DNA of 64,000 bases from the NCBI GenBank assembly GCA_965200315.1, contig OZ241362.1:3328001-3392000 (forward strand), written 5' to 3'. The position numbers and the translations under genes are program-made. Below are positions 1-9,957 of the stretch, piece by piece (within the stretch, counting starts at the first letter, position 1; each line of letters begins with the position of its first letter). The notes below the pieces were generated by a model. That model was given only the letters and a program-made list of their open reading frames with translations. It searched no databases and was not told the origin of the DNA. Source of the stretch: Candidatus Latescibacterota bacterium (GTDB lineage Bacteria > Latescibacterota > UBA2968 > UBA8231).

Positions 1-1338
1 CTGGGCAATGGCCTCTGTCAAGGACTCGCGCCGGGCCAAGGCCATGCCCAATCCGTAGTACGCGTCGCGCAATTCAGCGTCGCAGGCGAGAGCGGCCCGA
101 TAAGCACTGATGGCTTTTTCCAAGTCGCCCCGCAGAGCATGCACGTTGCCCAAGGCATTGTGCGCCTTGGCGTAGCAGGCGTCGATGTCCAAGGCGCGGG
201 AAAACGCGGCCTCAGCCTCGGCCCAGCGCTGCTTTTGCGCGTGGGCAAAGCCCATGGTAAAATGCGCTTCGGGCGTACGCCGGCCTTGCGGCTCGTGCGC
301 GGCGATTTTACCGGCCAAGTGCGCGGCGCGCTCGACATCGCCCTGCCGCAGATGGAGCTGGACCACCGCGGCCAGCGCGTCAACGTGCTCGGGCTCGCGG
401 CTGAGCACCTCCTTGTACGTGCTCAGCGCGTCTGCGTAGCGCCCCAAGCGCGTCTGCGCTCGACCCAGTGCCAAGCGCGCCTCCACATTGTCGGGCTCTC
501 TCTCCAGCACCTTTTCCAAGGTCTCTTCCCGATCAGACAAGTCGAGCAGGCCCTCTAGGCGCACGAGCATGGCTTCGGCTTCGTCGTAACGGCCCTGGGC
601 CGAGTACAAATTCGCCAAGTCGTGGTACGCCTCGCCGTAGTTGGCGTCGAGCGCCACGGCCCGGTTGAGCACCTGCGCGGCCTCATCGTACCGCTTCTCG
701 TTCAGGTAGAGCCGTCCCAAGTCCCGCCAGATTTCTTTGCGTTTTGGTGCCAACTCAGCCGCCTCCAGCAAAACCTCTTCCGCCCGCGCATGGCGTCCCT
801 GCTGGCCGTAGAGCAGCGCTAGGGCCTGCCGCACGTCCACATCTTTTGGCGCGATATACAGAGCCTTCAGCAGGGCCTCTTCGGCGCGCTCGTATTGCCC
901 CTGCTCCTTGTGCAAGAAGGCCAACAAGCGATATGAGCTAGGCGATTGAGGATCGAAGCGCAGCGCGGTTTCCGCCGCCTCTACGGCCTGCGGGTAGCGA
1001 CCTGCTTCGAGGTGGGCGATGGCCAAGTTGTGGTAGGAGGGAATATACGTCGAATCCAGCTCAATGGCCCGTGCAAAGTGCGCGGCCGCCGCCGTGCTCT
1101 TGCGCTGCAAATGCGCCAAGCCCAAGTAGAAGTGCGCGTCGCGGGACAGCGGATCGCGGCGCACAGCCTCTTGGTACACGACTGCAGCTTGGTCGTACTG
1201 CCCCTGATCCAAATAGGCCCTTCCCACTGCGAGCAGTGGATCGTCCGCTGGCGGCTCTTGCCGCGCTTCGCCACATCCTCCGATTGAGAGCGAGAAAAAG
1301 GCGAGTATGGCGATGCGATCTACGGACGAGAAGGACAT
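1..1338 (-). CDS. TPR-repeat lipoprotein (partial, runs off the left edge)
   Basis: Not in the ORF track. Manual translation from ATG 1338 gives MSFSSVDRIAILAFFSLSIGGC (lipobox-like), then many TPR helices (AHFYLGLAHL, AYHDLANLY, AHNALGNVH, AYYGLGMAL). The frame is open to position 1. Confidence 0.85.
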   Translation of the reverse strand, partial: MSFSSVDRIAILAFFSLSIGGCGEARQEPPADDPLLAVGRAYLDQGQYDQAAVVYQEAVRRDPLSRDAHFYLGLAHLQRKSTAAAAHFARAIELDSTYIPSYHNLAIAHLEAGRYPQAVEAAETALRFDPQSPSSYRLLAFLHKEQGQYERAEEALLKALYIAPKDVDVRQALALLYGQQGRHARAEEVLLEAAELAPKRKEIWRDLGRLYLNEKRYDEAAQVLNRAVALDANYGEAYHDLANLYSAQGRYDEAEAMLVRLEGLLDLSDREETLEKVLEREPDNVEARLALGRAQTRLGRYADALSTYKEVLSREPEHVDALAAVVQLHLRQGDVERAAHLAGKIAAHEPQGRRTPEAHFTMGFAHAQKQRWAEAEAAFSRALDIDACYAKAHNALGNVHALRGDLEKAISAYRAALACDAELRDAYYGLGMALARRESLTEAIAQ

Positions 1339-1415
1339 GTCGCAGATTCTCGGCGGCTAAAAACATTGCAAGTGCTTGTTGTTAAAGTAATGGTGGTCAG
1401 GTTGTTGCAGTCAAG

Positions 1416-1550
1416 CAGTTTACTGCCCGGTGGCATCGTCAGGTTGAATGCATTACCTTCGCTGCGGATGGTGCCCTAATCGTTGCCGATGAAGGAGCAG
1501 GAGGGAAAGCAAGACTGACCCTTTATCCGGTCTCGGGTAGTCCGCAATAG
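1416..1550 (+). pseudogene. C-terminal remnant of a beta-propeller (SdiA-regulated/YjiK-like) protein
   Basis: Reads ...WHRQVECITFAADGALIVADEGAGGKARLTLYP...* with no start codon; resembles the Q-x-EGITF-x3-G-x-L-x2-ADEG family C-terminus. Confidence 0.4.
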
Positions 1551-1627
1551 CAACAACTCTACCGCTGCCAGCTTCCTTGCGGCGGGCCCTGCACTACTCC
1601 CCATCTAATTTTGAGAAGGCTTTAGAC

Positions 1628-2788
1628 GTGCAAATACAATCCATCCGCGTAGTTGACCTCCAGATTCCGCTCAACCCGCCCAAAACCGCGCCGCGCCGCC
1701 CCTCTTGGAACCAGAGTGCGCCGCGTTCGTTGCCGATCAACAAGTATCCAGAATTCTCGCGTCTCCCCGGCCAGATGCCGGGCATGGGCGGTGGTCCGAT
1801 CTGGGTCCAGATCACCGCCGAAGACGGCACTTGGGGTTTGGGCGGCTGCTCCTTTGGCGCACCGGTTGCCGCCACCGTCGAGCAGGTTTTCGCGCCCCTG
1901 CTGACGGGCCGCGATTGTCTGGCCACGGAATTCCTCAACGACCTGATGTGGCGCACCGCTCAGCGCCTCGGTCATGCTGGGACCGCAGCCGTTGCCCAAA
2001 GCGGGATCGATCTGGCACTCTGGGACCTCAAGGGTAAGCTACTGGGGCTGCCAGTGTACCGCCTGCTCGGCGGCCCCTGCCGCGACCATATCGAACTCTA
2101 CGCCACGGGCGACGACCTCGACTGGGGCCTCGAACTGGGGTTTAGCGCCTTTAAGGTTACTAATCCGGTTCACTACCGCGAGGGCCAGGAAGGACTCAAC
2201 CGCCTCGAAGACAAAATCACCCAAGCGCGCGAGACCATTGGCCCGGACTGCGAATTGATGCTCAACGCGGTCATGTCGTACAACGTCGAATACGCCATCC
2301 AAGTCGCCGAGCGGCTCAGGCCCTATCAGATGCGCTGGATTGAGGAGCCGCTGATTCCCACGGATCTCGAAGGCCACATCGCGCTCAAACGAGCCGCTCC
2401 GTACGTGCCCATTGCCACCGGCGAGGACCACCACGGCCGTCAGGCCTTCCGCCAGCTAGTTGAACACCGCTGCGTCGATGTGCTGCAACCGGATCTCAAG
2501 TGGTGCGGCGGTTTCTCCGAGGCGGTCAAGATCTATTACATCGCCGAAGCCGCCGGTCTTGTCACCATTCCCCACGGCGGTGCCAACACGGCCTACGGAC
2601 AACACTTCGCCTTTGCCTTTCCCGAGTCGCCGATGGCCGAGTACTGGCTCGGCTCGCCCCCGGGCATTCCCCTAAACGAAGTCCCCGTCATACCGGGCAC
2701 AGCCGTGCCCCAAAATGGGCGCATGGTCCCTTCGGACGCGCCGGGTTTTGGCATGGAAATAGCAGACGAGTGGATAGTACCGCGCTGA
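1628..2788 (+). CDS. Mandelate racemase/MLE enolase-superfamily acid-sugar dehydratase (L-rhamnonate dehydratase-like)
   Basis: SGIDLALWDLKGK, LLGG, WIEEPL, ATGED and LQPDLKWCGG motifs; GTG start after GAGAAGG. Confidence 0.88.
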   Translation: MQIQSIRVVDLQIPLNPPKTAPRRPSWNQSAPRSLPINKYPEFSRLPGQMPGMGGGPIWVQITAEDGTWGLGGCSFGAPVAATVEQVFAPLLTGRDCLATEFLNDLMWRTAQRLGHAGTAAVAQSGIDLALWDLKGKLLGLPVYRLLGGPCRDHIELYATGDDLDWGLELGFSAFKVTNPVHYREGQEGLNRLEDKITQARETIGPDCELMLNAVMSYNVEYAIQVAERLRPYQMRWIEEPLIPTDLEGHIALKRAAPYVPIATGEDHHGRQAFRQLVEHRCVDVLQPDLKWCGGFSEAVKIYYIAEAAGLVTIPHGGANTAYGQHFAFAFPESPMAEYWLGSPPGIPLNEVPVIPGTAVPQNGRMVPSDAPGFGMEIADEWIVPR

Positions 2789-2791
2789 GGC

Positions 2792-3220
2792 ATGGCTGAG
2801 CAGTTCGATTTATCCACCAGCCCCGGCTCTGGCCAGCGCCTAGTTTTTGCCCTGTTGGGCATTGGCCAGTTGGTGTTGAGCACCATTGCCTTCCAGCGCG
2901 GCGGCTTCGCGTATGGACTCGTGGTAATCGGCGGCGGAATCGCGGCGTTTTGCGCGGCGGTTTTCTTCGTCCACCGCCTCCATCGGCGCTTGGTCTGGCT
3001 GGGACCGGAGGGCGTTATGGTCGAGGAGGGTCTGTTTGGCCGGCAGACGCTGGCGTGGGCCGAGGTCAAAAAGGTGAGCCTGTCGCCGGCTGCGACCGTG
3101 TTCCACGCGGAGACGGGCGAGGATATAGTCCTCCATAATCCGGCCAATCAACCGCGAGACATCGCTCCGTTTTTAAGGCGGTTGCGCACCTTGGTAGATG
3201 AGCGCGAACTGAATAGCTGA
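2792..3220 (+). CDS. Small membrane protein (2 TM + PH-like domain)
   Basis: Two hydrophobic helices followed by a 'TLAWAEVKKV' PH-like segment; starts 3 bp after the upstream stop. Confidence 0.65.
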   Translation: MAEQFDLSTSPGSGQRLVFALLGIGQLVLSTIAFQRGGFAYGLVVIGGGIAAFCAAVFFVHRLHRRLVWLGPEGVMVEEGLFGRQTLAWAEVKKVSLSPAATVFHAETGEDIVLHNPANQPRDIAPFLRRLRTLVDERELNS

Positions 3221-3456
3221 TGTTACGCACAGGTATAGGTATGGGGTGTGGGATGCTTCGACTCCGCTTTGCTCCGCTAAGCATGACCGGCATGGGAACG
3301 AGCCGATGGCCGGAGCCGGCCCCTAGCCAACGGGCCGAGGGGTTGGGTTGGATTCCCGCTCCGTGTCGGGGCACGGGGTGACGTTCTTGCGCGGGAATGA
3401 CAAAGGGGAAGCGGCAGGAAGCGTCACAGGCTATTACGAAGACTGCGTAACGTCAG
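3217..3456. mobile_element. MITE-like element containing REP-type palindromes
   Basis: 13-bp terminal inverted repeats CTGATGTTACGCA / TGCGTAACGTCAG (1 mismatch), with TAG on both flanks. Internal motifs GATGCTTCGACTCCGCTTTGCTCCGCTAAGCATGAC and GATTCCCGC...GCGGGAATGAC. Confidence 0.65.
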
Positions 3457-3466
3457 TAGCAAAGTA

Positions 3467-3504
3467 AAGCCGCCACCGGGTCGCATTCCGGTGGCGGCGT
3501 TTTG
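3467..3504. terminator. Bidirectional intrinsic terminator
   Basis: GCCGCCACCGG-loop-CCGGTGGCGGC stem with T/A tails, between convergent genes. Confidence 0.75.
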
Positions 3505-3532
3505 TTGCGCCGCGATCTGGTCCCGATTGCAG

Positions 3533-3967
3533 CTAATCGGTTACTTGTTCGGCGGCCGCGAGGTGGGTTTTGATTTTGCCGACGATCTCAGCCGCGGCGT
3601 TTTGCTTGGTCACCGTTTCCAGCAGGGTGTGGTCTTGGGCGTTGATGAGCAAGACGAGGCCGGTTTTGTTGTTGGCCTTGAAGTGCTCTTCTAAGTCGAG
3701 GGCCGCGGCGAGCAGGCGGGCTTGGGATGTCAACGTTGAGTCGGTGACGTCCAATTGGACGAAGAGGACGGGCTGATCGGCCACTCCGGCTTGGACTTCT
3801 TCGAGAATTGGCACGAGGGCCGTGCAGGCTCCGCACCAATCGGCGTGGACTTTGACCACGTACAAAGCGGGGTCGCCTTCGCCTTCTATCGGAACGGTGC
3901 CGGCGAGAGTGGGGGCTGGGGCTAGCAAAAAGGCCAAGGCGGTGAGCGCGAGGACGAATTTCAGCAT
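3533..3967 (-). CDS. Exported thioredoxin-like protein
   Basis: Signal peptide MLKFVLALTALAFLLAPAPTLA; HADWCGAC CxxC motif; AAGGAG RBS before ATG 3967. Confidence 0.85.
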   Translation of the reverse strand: MLKFVLALTALAFLLAPAPTLAGTVPIEGEGDPALYVVKVHADWCGACTALVPILEEVQAGVADQPVLFVQLDVTDSTLTSQARLLAAALDLEEHFKANNKTGLVLLINAQDHTLLETVTKQNAAAEIVGKIKTHLAAAEQVTD

Positions 3968-4156
3968 GATTTGCTCCTTTAGAAGCGGTCTGAAAATTGC
4001 GGAACGGCCGAGTGCAGCGGTTTTCGCGGGCGAGACGCCTCGATCCCAGCGAATGTTCAGACCGCTTCTTAGAAAAGTGATGGTGTGGTCGGGCAAAGTG
4101 AGTTCGTTGAAAGACGTTCTGACTTGCCAAGGGGTTCCGCGATCTTGAACTGTTGG

Positions 4157-5683
4157 TCAAGGCGCGTACACATTGCGCGACCGGTACTGAAAAAAGATCA
4201 TCCGCCGATTCTGTTCCCCCGTCCACGGATAGGCTCCGTGCGCCTGCGCCGACCCGAGGAACAGCAGCACGTCGCCCGCCTTCATAGCCACGTGTTTAAC
4301 TAGGCCCATCTCGTTCTCACAGGTGCGAATGCCGTCGGGCATGGGATAGGCGGTTTTGTGCGAGCCGGGCACGCAGACAAAGCCTCCGTCGGCCGGCGTT
4401 ACATCGCGCAATTGCCAAGCCACGTTGAGGTATTCGGCGTACACGCGGCCATTCTGCTGGCGGTAGTGGTTGCTCACTTTGGCTGGCGTGGCGGCCGAGT
4501 GTAGAAAGTGCCCAGACGACCCTTTCCCGGAGAAGAAGCCGTTGCACATCATGCACTCGAAACCGCTGCCCATGATCCAGTTCAGGTGCTGGACGAGCGC
4601 TGGATTGGCGATCATGCGCTGGAACGGCTCGCCATAAGGCGCGGGCAATGCCCACGGGTTGCCCATGGACGAGCGGCCGACCCCGGTGCCAGCCAGCGGC
4701 TTTGAATCGCCGGCAGCCGATCCGCCGTGGCTTATGCGGTCGGGATTTTTGTCGATGGCTTCGTTGGCCGCGGCCAGCCATTCCTCGTCCATCACCCCCC
4801 GCAAAACGAGGTGGCCGCACAGATCCCAGTGGAAAAATTCCTTCTCGTCAATCGCGGAATCTGGGGCGCGGATATAGATCGAGGGATGGAAAACCCCTCG
4901 CTCCTCTGCCAGCCAAACCTTTTCGCCGTCCGAATGCACGACCGGCGGCGGGTACGGGCGGTTGGGATTGTGCAAGACGGTGCGCTCGATCTCGGTCAGC
5001 TCGTCGGCCCACTCGGGTAGCGGGCTGTCCTCGCCGTGGATTTCGGACGCTGCCCCCGGCCGCACACCCGTGCTGATGTACCCGCATTCGAGCAGGCGTT
5101 GCAGGCCCGCGCCCTGCCAAGGCCGCACCCCCCGCATCAGCGAGTCGGCGCAGAGCAGGAGGTCGCCCGCCTGCAAGACCGGCTGCTCGACGAGTCCCAT
5201 CGGGTCGGTTCCGTCCACTAGGTCTTGCGGGGCTGGCACTGTGCTGTTGTGGCTGGCCGGTACTACGACCAAACCTCCGTCCCCTGCGCCCACGTCTGAT
5301 AGTGCCCAGAAGGCTCGCACTCCTTGGCAGAAGCGATGTCCGTTGTACTGGCGGTACGCCCGCGACCAATCCACCCACTCGTCGCCCCCCGACAAATCTG
5401 TCTCCTTAGTGCATGATTCGACGAGTCGCGGCGATTCGTCGAGCCGGACCCCTTCGCCGCAAATCTGCTCCAGATACTGCATTAGCACTGGATGCTCGCG
5501 CAGGGCGCGCAAGGGATTGTGCATGGGCGACGTCCAGCGCAGCGGCTCGTTGTCAGACGCTAGCTGGTCCAAGGCTTGATTACAGGCGTTCAGTTCGGCT
5601 GCCGTCAGGACGCCGGGGACGATCATATACCCAGCCACGTCGAAGCGGTAGTTTTCTTCGTTGGTCATCGTCTTGTCGTCCAT
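4157..5683 (-). CDS. Tandem two-domain phytanoyl-CoA dioxygenase (PhyH) family Fe(II)/2OG enzyme
   Basis: Two repeats of the fold: FDVAGY...GGLVVVPASH...AGDLLL and WDLCGH...GGFVCVPGSH...AGDVLLF..HG. Confidence 0.85.
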   Translation of the reverse strand: MDDKTMTNEENYRFDVAGYMIVPGVLTAAELNACNQALDQLASDNEPLRWTSPMHNPLRALREHPVLMQYLEQICGEGVRLDESPRLVESCTKETDLSGGDEWVDWSRAYRQYNGHRFCQGVRAFWALSDVGAGDGGLVVVPASHNSTVPAPQDLVDGTDPMGLVEQPVLQAGDLLLCADSLMRGVRPWQGAGLQRLLECGYISTGVRPGAASEIHGEDSPLPEWADELTEIERTVLHNPNRPYPPPVVHSDGEKVWLAEERGVFHPSIYIRAPDSAIDEKEFFHWDLCGHLVLRGVMDEEWLAAANEAIDKNPDRISHGGSAAGDSKPLAGTGVGRSSMGNPWALPAPYGEPFQRMIANPALVQHLNWIMGSGFECMMCNGFFSGKGSSGHFLHSAATPAKVSNHYRQQNGRVYAEYLNVAWQLRDVTPADGGFVCVPGSHKTAYPMPDGIRTCENEMGLVKHVAMKAGDVLLFLGSAQAHGAYPWTGEQNRRMIFFQYRSRNVYAP

Positions 5684-5809
5684 GAGGTCCTCCTCGCCGT
5701 TCGCCTTGTGTGGACACCGATCCCTTTGTGCTTACCCGGCAATTTGGTATCATAGTAGCCCGTAAAAAAATGACGCGCAACTAATGACTTATAGCAGAGG
5801 AAGCCCACC

Positions 5810-6814
5810 GTGAAAATCACCCAAGTAGAACTGTACGAAGTCGAAATCCCGCCGATCCCGGCCATCGCCCGTTACTATCCCAAGATCTACGACATCACCC
5901 TCTGTCGCGTGCAAACGGACGAGGGCTGGGAGGGCTGGGGCGAGTTCATCGACAAAAAGTCTGTCGGTCAGGAGCAAGCCGATGTGCTGGTGGGCCAAGA
6001 CCCGCTGGCTTTGGACCCGTACGACCGTCCCGATGCCTTCACCTGTGCGCTGCTCGACATTGCGGGCCAAGCCTACGGCATTCCGCTGCACCGTTTCTTC
6101 GGGGCGCAGGTGCGCGACAAGGTGCCGGTGTCGTACTGGTCTTGCCCGATGACGCCAGAAGAGACTGCAGCCGAAGCGGCAATAGGGGCCGAGCAGGGCT
6201 TTAGCAACCACAAGCTCAAGGCGCGCTCGTGGAATATCGTCGAGACGGTGCGGCTGATGAAAGAAGTGGCGGGGGCCGACTACACGGTTGGCATTGATCC
6301 CAATACTGAATTTTCCCTGCTGCCCACTGGTGCGCGTTTGGCGAGCGAATTGGAGCCTTTTGGCACGGTGTCGGTCTTTGAAGATCCCATCCTCAAAAAC
6401 AACCTCGAATGGTACCGCATCCTGCGCGAGAAGACCCACATCCCCATTGCCCTGCACTTGGGGTCGCCGTCCGGCGTACTGGCGGCGCTCAAGGCCGAGT
6501 GCATCGACTACGTGAACTTGAGCGGCTCGGCGCTGCAAGTGCGGCAGGCGGCGGCGCTGGCGGAAGCTGCGGATGTACCCTGCTGGGTCCAGATGGGCGG
6601 ATTGTGTACCGGGGTGCTGGCGGCCTACTCGGTGCATTTGCAGGCGACGCTGCCCAACGCCACACTGCCCTGCGACGAGCTGCCCTTTACGCGAGAGGCC
6701 GATGTTGTGGCCGAGGGGTTGGCACTGGAGAAGGGGCACTTTGCCGTGCCCACAGGGCCGGGGTTGGGGATCAAGGTCGATATGGAGGTAGTGGAGCGCT
6801 ATCGAGTCGCTTAG
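5810..6814 (+). CDS. Mandelate racemase/muconate lactonizing enzyme family protein
   Basis: ALLDIAGQ, KLK, IDPN, FEDP and PTGPGLGI motifs. Confidence 0.85.
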   Translation: MKITQVELYEVEIPPIPAIARYYPKIYDITLCRVQTDEGWEGWGEFIDKKSVGQEQADVLVGQDPLALDPYDRPDAFTCALLDIAGQAYGIPLHRFFGAQVRDKVPVSYWSCPMTPEETAAEAAIGAEQGFSNHKLKARSWNIVETVRLMKEVAGADYTVGIDPNTEFSLLPTGARLASELEPFGTVSVFEDPILKNNLEWYRILREKTHIPIALHLGSPSGVLAALKAECIDYVNLSGSALQVRQAAALAEAADVPCWVQMGGLCTGVLAAYSVHLQATLPNATLPCDELPFTREADVVAEGLALEKGHFAVPTGPGLGIKVDMEVVERYRVA

Positions 6815-6953
6815 AAGCGTTCTTAAAAGGGTTTTGGCCTCGCCCCCGAAAAACCCAATAAGCGGCGTATTTCGGGGGCAAGATGCCTTCGGGCCCGGGG
6901 GAGTTGCGCCGTGTGCCATTCTTCAAGCCCCGCAACTTAGGTAGGATTGCTAT

Positions 6954-7880
6954 ATGAAGCTGTTGACTAGGGACTCATTCAAAAAAGCAAGGACTTTCGT
7001 AATGGAGCAGGGCCGGGAATTAGAAAGACGGCTTCTATCCTATTATTTCAATGATGGAACTCCAGCCGCGGTCCTCGACGAACTTGCTAGCTATCAGAAT
7101 CAGGATGGCGGTTTCGGCAATGGCCTTGAACCCGATCTCCAATTGCCCAATTCATCTGTTATCACGACGACTATTGCGCTGCGCATTCTCAGAGAGGTCA
7201 CAGCGCCGAGTAATGATGAGATGGTCCGCAAGGCAATCCAGTATTTGCTGGCTGAATACGATTCGACCCAGAGCAGATGGCCTATCGTCCCGCAAGCGGT
7301 GGATGAATATCCCCATGCGCCATGGTGGAATTTTGAGAATACGGCGGATACTTTTGGTAATTTCCTAGCCAATCCTCGGGCGGAGGTCGTGGGCTATCTA
7401 CATGAATATCACGGGTTGGTCCCTACAGACCTGACTAAACAGCTCACGGTAGATGTCATAGAGCATATAAACACATTACCAGATGCAATGAACATGTACG
7501 ATTTTATCTGCTGTGTTCATCTGGTTGAGACGGCTGCCCTGCCCCAATCCTCAAAAGATATGCTGGCGGAAATACTGATTCAGAGAGCGCACCACATCGT
7601 CGTTCATACGCCGGAAGAATTGATGCAACCCTCTGCCAGACCGCTCTGGTTAGCTCCTACGCCCGCCTCGTTGCTAGCAGAGACATTGAAGAGCGAAGTA
7701 GATATGAATTTGGATTTTGATATTGAGCATCAAAATTCAGATGGCTCTTGGTCTCCTACTTGGACTTGGTATGGCCAGTATTCAGAAGCTTGGGAGCAAG
7801 CCGAACAGCATTGGAAGAGTTGTTTGACCGTTGAGATACTAAAAGCGTTAAAAGAATTTGGGAGGATTGAAGGTCTTTAG
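6954..7880 (+). CDS. Prenyltransferase/squalene-cyclase-repeat hypothetical protein
   Basis: QNQDGGFG and QNSDGSW QW-type repeats; more AT-rich than its neighbours. Confidence 0.75.
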   Translation: MKLLTRDSFKKARTFVMEQGRELERRLLSYYFNDGTPAAVLDELASYQNQDGGFGNGLEPDLQLPNSSVITTTIALRILREVTAPSNDEMVRKAIQYLLAEYDSTQSRWPIVPQAVDEYPHAPWWNFENTADTFGNFLANPRAEVVGYLHEYHGLVPTDLTKQLTVDVIEHINTLPDAMNMYDFICCVHLVETAALPQSSKDMLAEILIQRAHHIVVHTPEELMQPSARPLWLAPTPASLLAETLKSEVDMNLDFDIEHQNSDGSWSPTWTWYGQYSEAWEQAEQHWKSCLTVEILKALKEFGRIEGL

Positions 7881-7913
7881 AGACGATACTATCAATCTCA
7901 TTCAGACCGTCTT

Positions 7914-9326
7914 ATGAAACGAGAAGACTACTTTCGCTGGGCTGAGCGAGCTGCTCGGTGGGGAGCCGAGTACCTAACCACTCTTGATGAGCGGCCCGTT
8001 CGGGCGCAGACCGAGCTAGGTGCGATCGCTGCGATGCTGCCGTTAGCACCGCCGGAAGAGCCGGTAGATATGGAGACGATCTTCGCCGACTTTGAGCGCA
8101 TCGTACCCTACGGCATGACGCACTGGCAACACCGGCGTTTCTTTGCGTACTTCAGCGCCAACGCCGCGCCGGTTTCGATGATCGCCGAAAATTTGACGGC
8201 GGTCATGGCGGCCCAGTGCATGCTCTGGCAGACCTCACCTGCCGCTACGGAGATTGAGACCCGGATGGTCGATTGGATGCGGCAAGCCCTTGGGCTGCCG
8301 GAAGGGTTTCAGGGGGTTATCCAAGGCTCGGCAACGTCGGCAAATGTTTGCGCCGTATTAACGATGCGCGAGCGTGCGCTAGGCTGGCGAGGGATCGATT
8401 CTGGAATGGTGGGGGAGAAACAGCTCCGGGTCTATGCCTCACCGGAGACCCACTCGTCGATTGACAAGGCGATCCGAATCGCCGGTATCGGCCAACAGCA
8501 TCTCGTCAAAGTCCCGACCGATGGTTCTTGGGCGCTCGATCCAGAGGCGCTCCGCCGGGCGATCGAGGCTGACCGCACGGCGGGTTTTCTCCCGGCTGGC
8601 GCCGTCCTTTGCGTTGGGGGTACGTCGATCGGCGCGTCCGACCGCATGCACCAGACCATTGAAGTGGCACGGGAGCACGATCTCTACGTCCACGTCGATG
8701 CCGCGTGGGCCGGTTCTGCCATGATCTGTCCTGAGCTACGGGCATTGTGGGAGGGCGTCGAGGGAGCCGACAGCATCGCCTTCAATCCCCACAAGTGGCT
8801 CGGTGCACAATTCGACTGCTCGGTCCAGTTTCTCGCGGACCCAGAACCGCAGATTCGCACCCTTGGCGTCCGTCCAGATTACCTGCAAACCCTCGGCCAA
8901 ACCGAGGTCACCAATTACAGCGAGTGGACGATCCCCTTGGGACGCCGATTCCGTGCGCTCAAGCTCTGGTTCCTCCTCCGTGCGCACGGTCTTGAAGACC
9001 TTCGCCAGCGCATTCGGAACCACATTGCTTGGGCTGAGGAGGCCGCCGCGGCGATCGCATTGCTGGACGGCTTTCGCCTGACGACGGCCTGCCACCTTTC
9101 GCTCTTCACGTTCCAGTACGCCCCCGACGGCGAGGACGCCAACGATGCCACCGAGCGCCTGCTCCGTGCGGTCAACGACGACGGCCGGATCTATCTGACG
9201 CAGACAATCCACGAGGGCCAGTTCGTCATCCGCTTCCAGGTCGGGCAGTTCGACTGTAGAAGGGAAGACGTGCTCTTGGCGGTCGATGTGCTGCGGGAAC
9301 TGGCTCACGTGACAGAGCGAGATTAA
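7914..9326 (+). CDS. Aromatic L-amino acid decarboxylase-like group II PLP decarboxylase
   Basis: THWQH..FFAYF, SPAATEIE, HSSIDK, HVDAAWAG, FNPHKW (PLP Lys) and LGRRFRALKLW. Confidence 0.9.
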   Translation: MKREDYFRWAERAARWGAEYLTTLDERPVRAQTELGAIAAMLPLAPPEEPVDMETIFADFERIVPYGMTHWQHRRFFAYFSANAAPVSMIAENLTAVMAAQCMLWQTSPAATEIETRMVDWMRQALGLPEGFQGVIQGSATSANVCAVLTMRERALGWRGIDSGMVGEKQLRVYASPETHSSIDKAIRIAGIGQQHLVKVPTDGSWALDPEALRRAIEADRTAGFLPAGAVLCVGGTSIGASDRMHQTIEVAREHDLYVHVDAAWAGSAMICPELRALWEGVEGADSIAFNPHKWLGAQFDCSVQFLADPEPQIRTLGVRPDYLQTLGQTEVTNYSEWTIPLGRRFRALKLWFLLRAHGLEDLRQRIRNHIAWAEEAAAAIALLDGFRLTTACHLSLFTFQYAPDGEDANDATERLLRAVNDDGRIYLTQTIHEGQFVIRFQVGQFDCRREDVLLAVDVLRELAHVTERD

Positions 9327-9386
9327 AGCGATTTAGTAAATCTACCCCTCTAACCGAGGAGAATAAACACGAGGAAGCCAACCTCA

Positions 9387-9546
9387 ATGGAAAAGCGGAC
9401 TGAACGCCTGCGCCTGAGGGAGTTCACCAAACAAGACGTGGACGCCGTCGCCGATTTTAGGAGGTAGAGGCGAATTTGTGGATCGCATATTGCCCGAGCG
9501 GTATGTATTTCTCTTGAATCGGGACAAATGGCTCCACAGTGTATAA
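9387..9546 (+). pseudogene. Internally deleted RimJ/RimL-type GNAT remnant
   Basis: N-terminus MEKRTERLRLREFTKQDVDAV stops at 9467 and is followed out of frame by a C-terminus-like GEFVDR...LLNRDKW...*. Confidence 0.55.
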
Positions 9547-9587
9547 GGAACATGGAATGAGTCAGCATTTAGCTCGGAGACAAAACT

Positions 9588-9950
9588 GTGAGCATACACC
9601 TCATCACTTCGATGGTTCCGATAACCAATTTGGATCGAGCTATAACCTTCTACTCACAAGGGCTAGGTCTGCAAGTCATCCACCGCAGAGACGAGTGGGG
9701 CCATGCCGTGCTGGAAGGTGAACGCGGCTGCCAAGTGATGATAGACCGATCAATACGCACGGAATCGAACGCCGCAACCGTCGTTTACTACCATACGTCC
9801 GATATTGCAACGGTGCGAGACCGCTTGGTTGCCGCTGGTTTTGACCCCAATCCCATCGGTGTAACGTTCTACGACATGACAGAATTTCGAGTTCGCGATC
9901 CCGATGGCAATGAGGTCTGGGTCGGTGCAAGCGAGGCTCCCGCTGACTAA
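9588..9950 (+). CDS. VOC/glyoxalase family protein
   Basis: NLDRAITFYSQGLG and EFRVRDPDGNEV motifs. Confidence 0.85.
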   Translation: MSIHLITSMVPITNLDRAITFYSQGLGLQVIHRRDEWGHAVLEGERGCQVMIDRSIRTESNAATVVYYHTSDIATVRDRLVAAGFDPNPIGVTFYDMTEFRVRDPDGNEVWVGASEAPAD

Positions 9951-9957
9951 CAAAGCG

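Noticed and set aside
5789-6919. 376-aa minus-strand ORF
   Set aside because: Antisense shadow of the enolase-family gene; no recognisable motifs.
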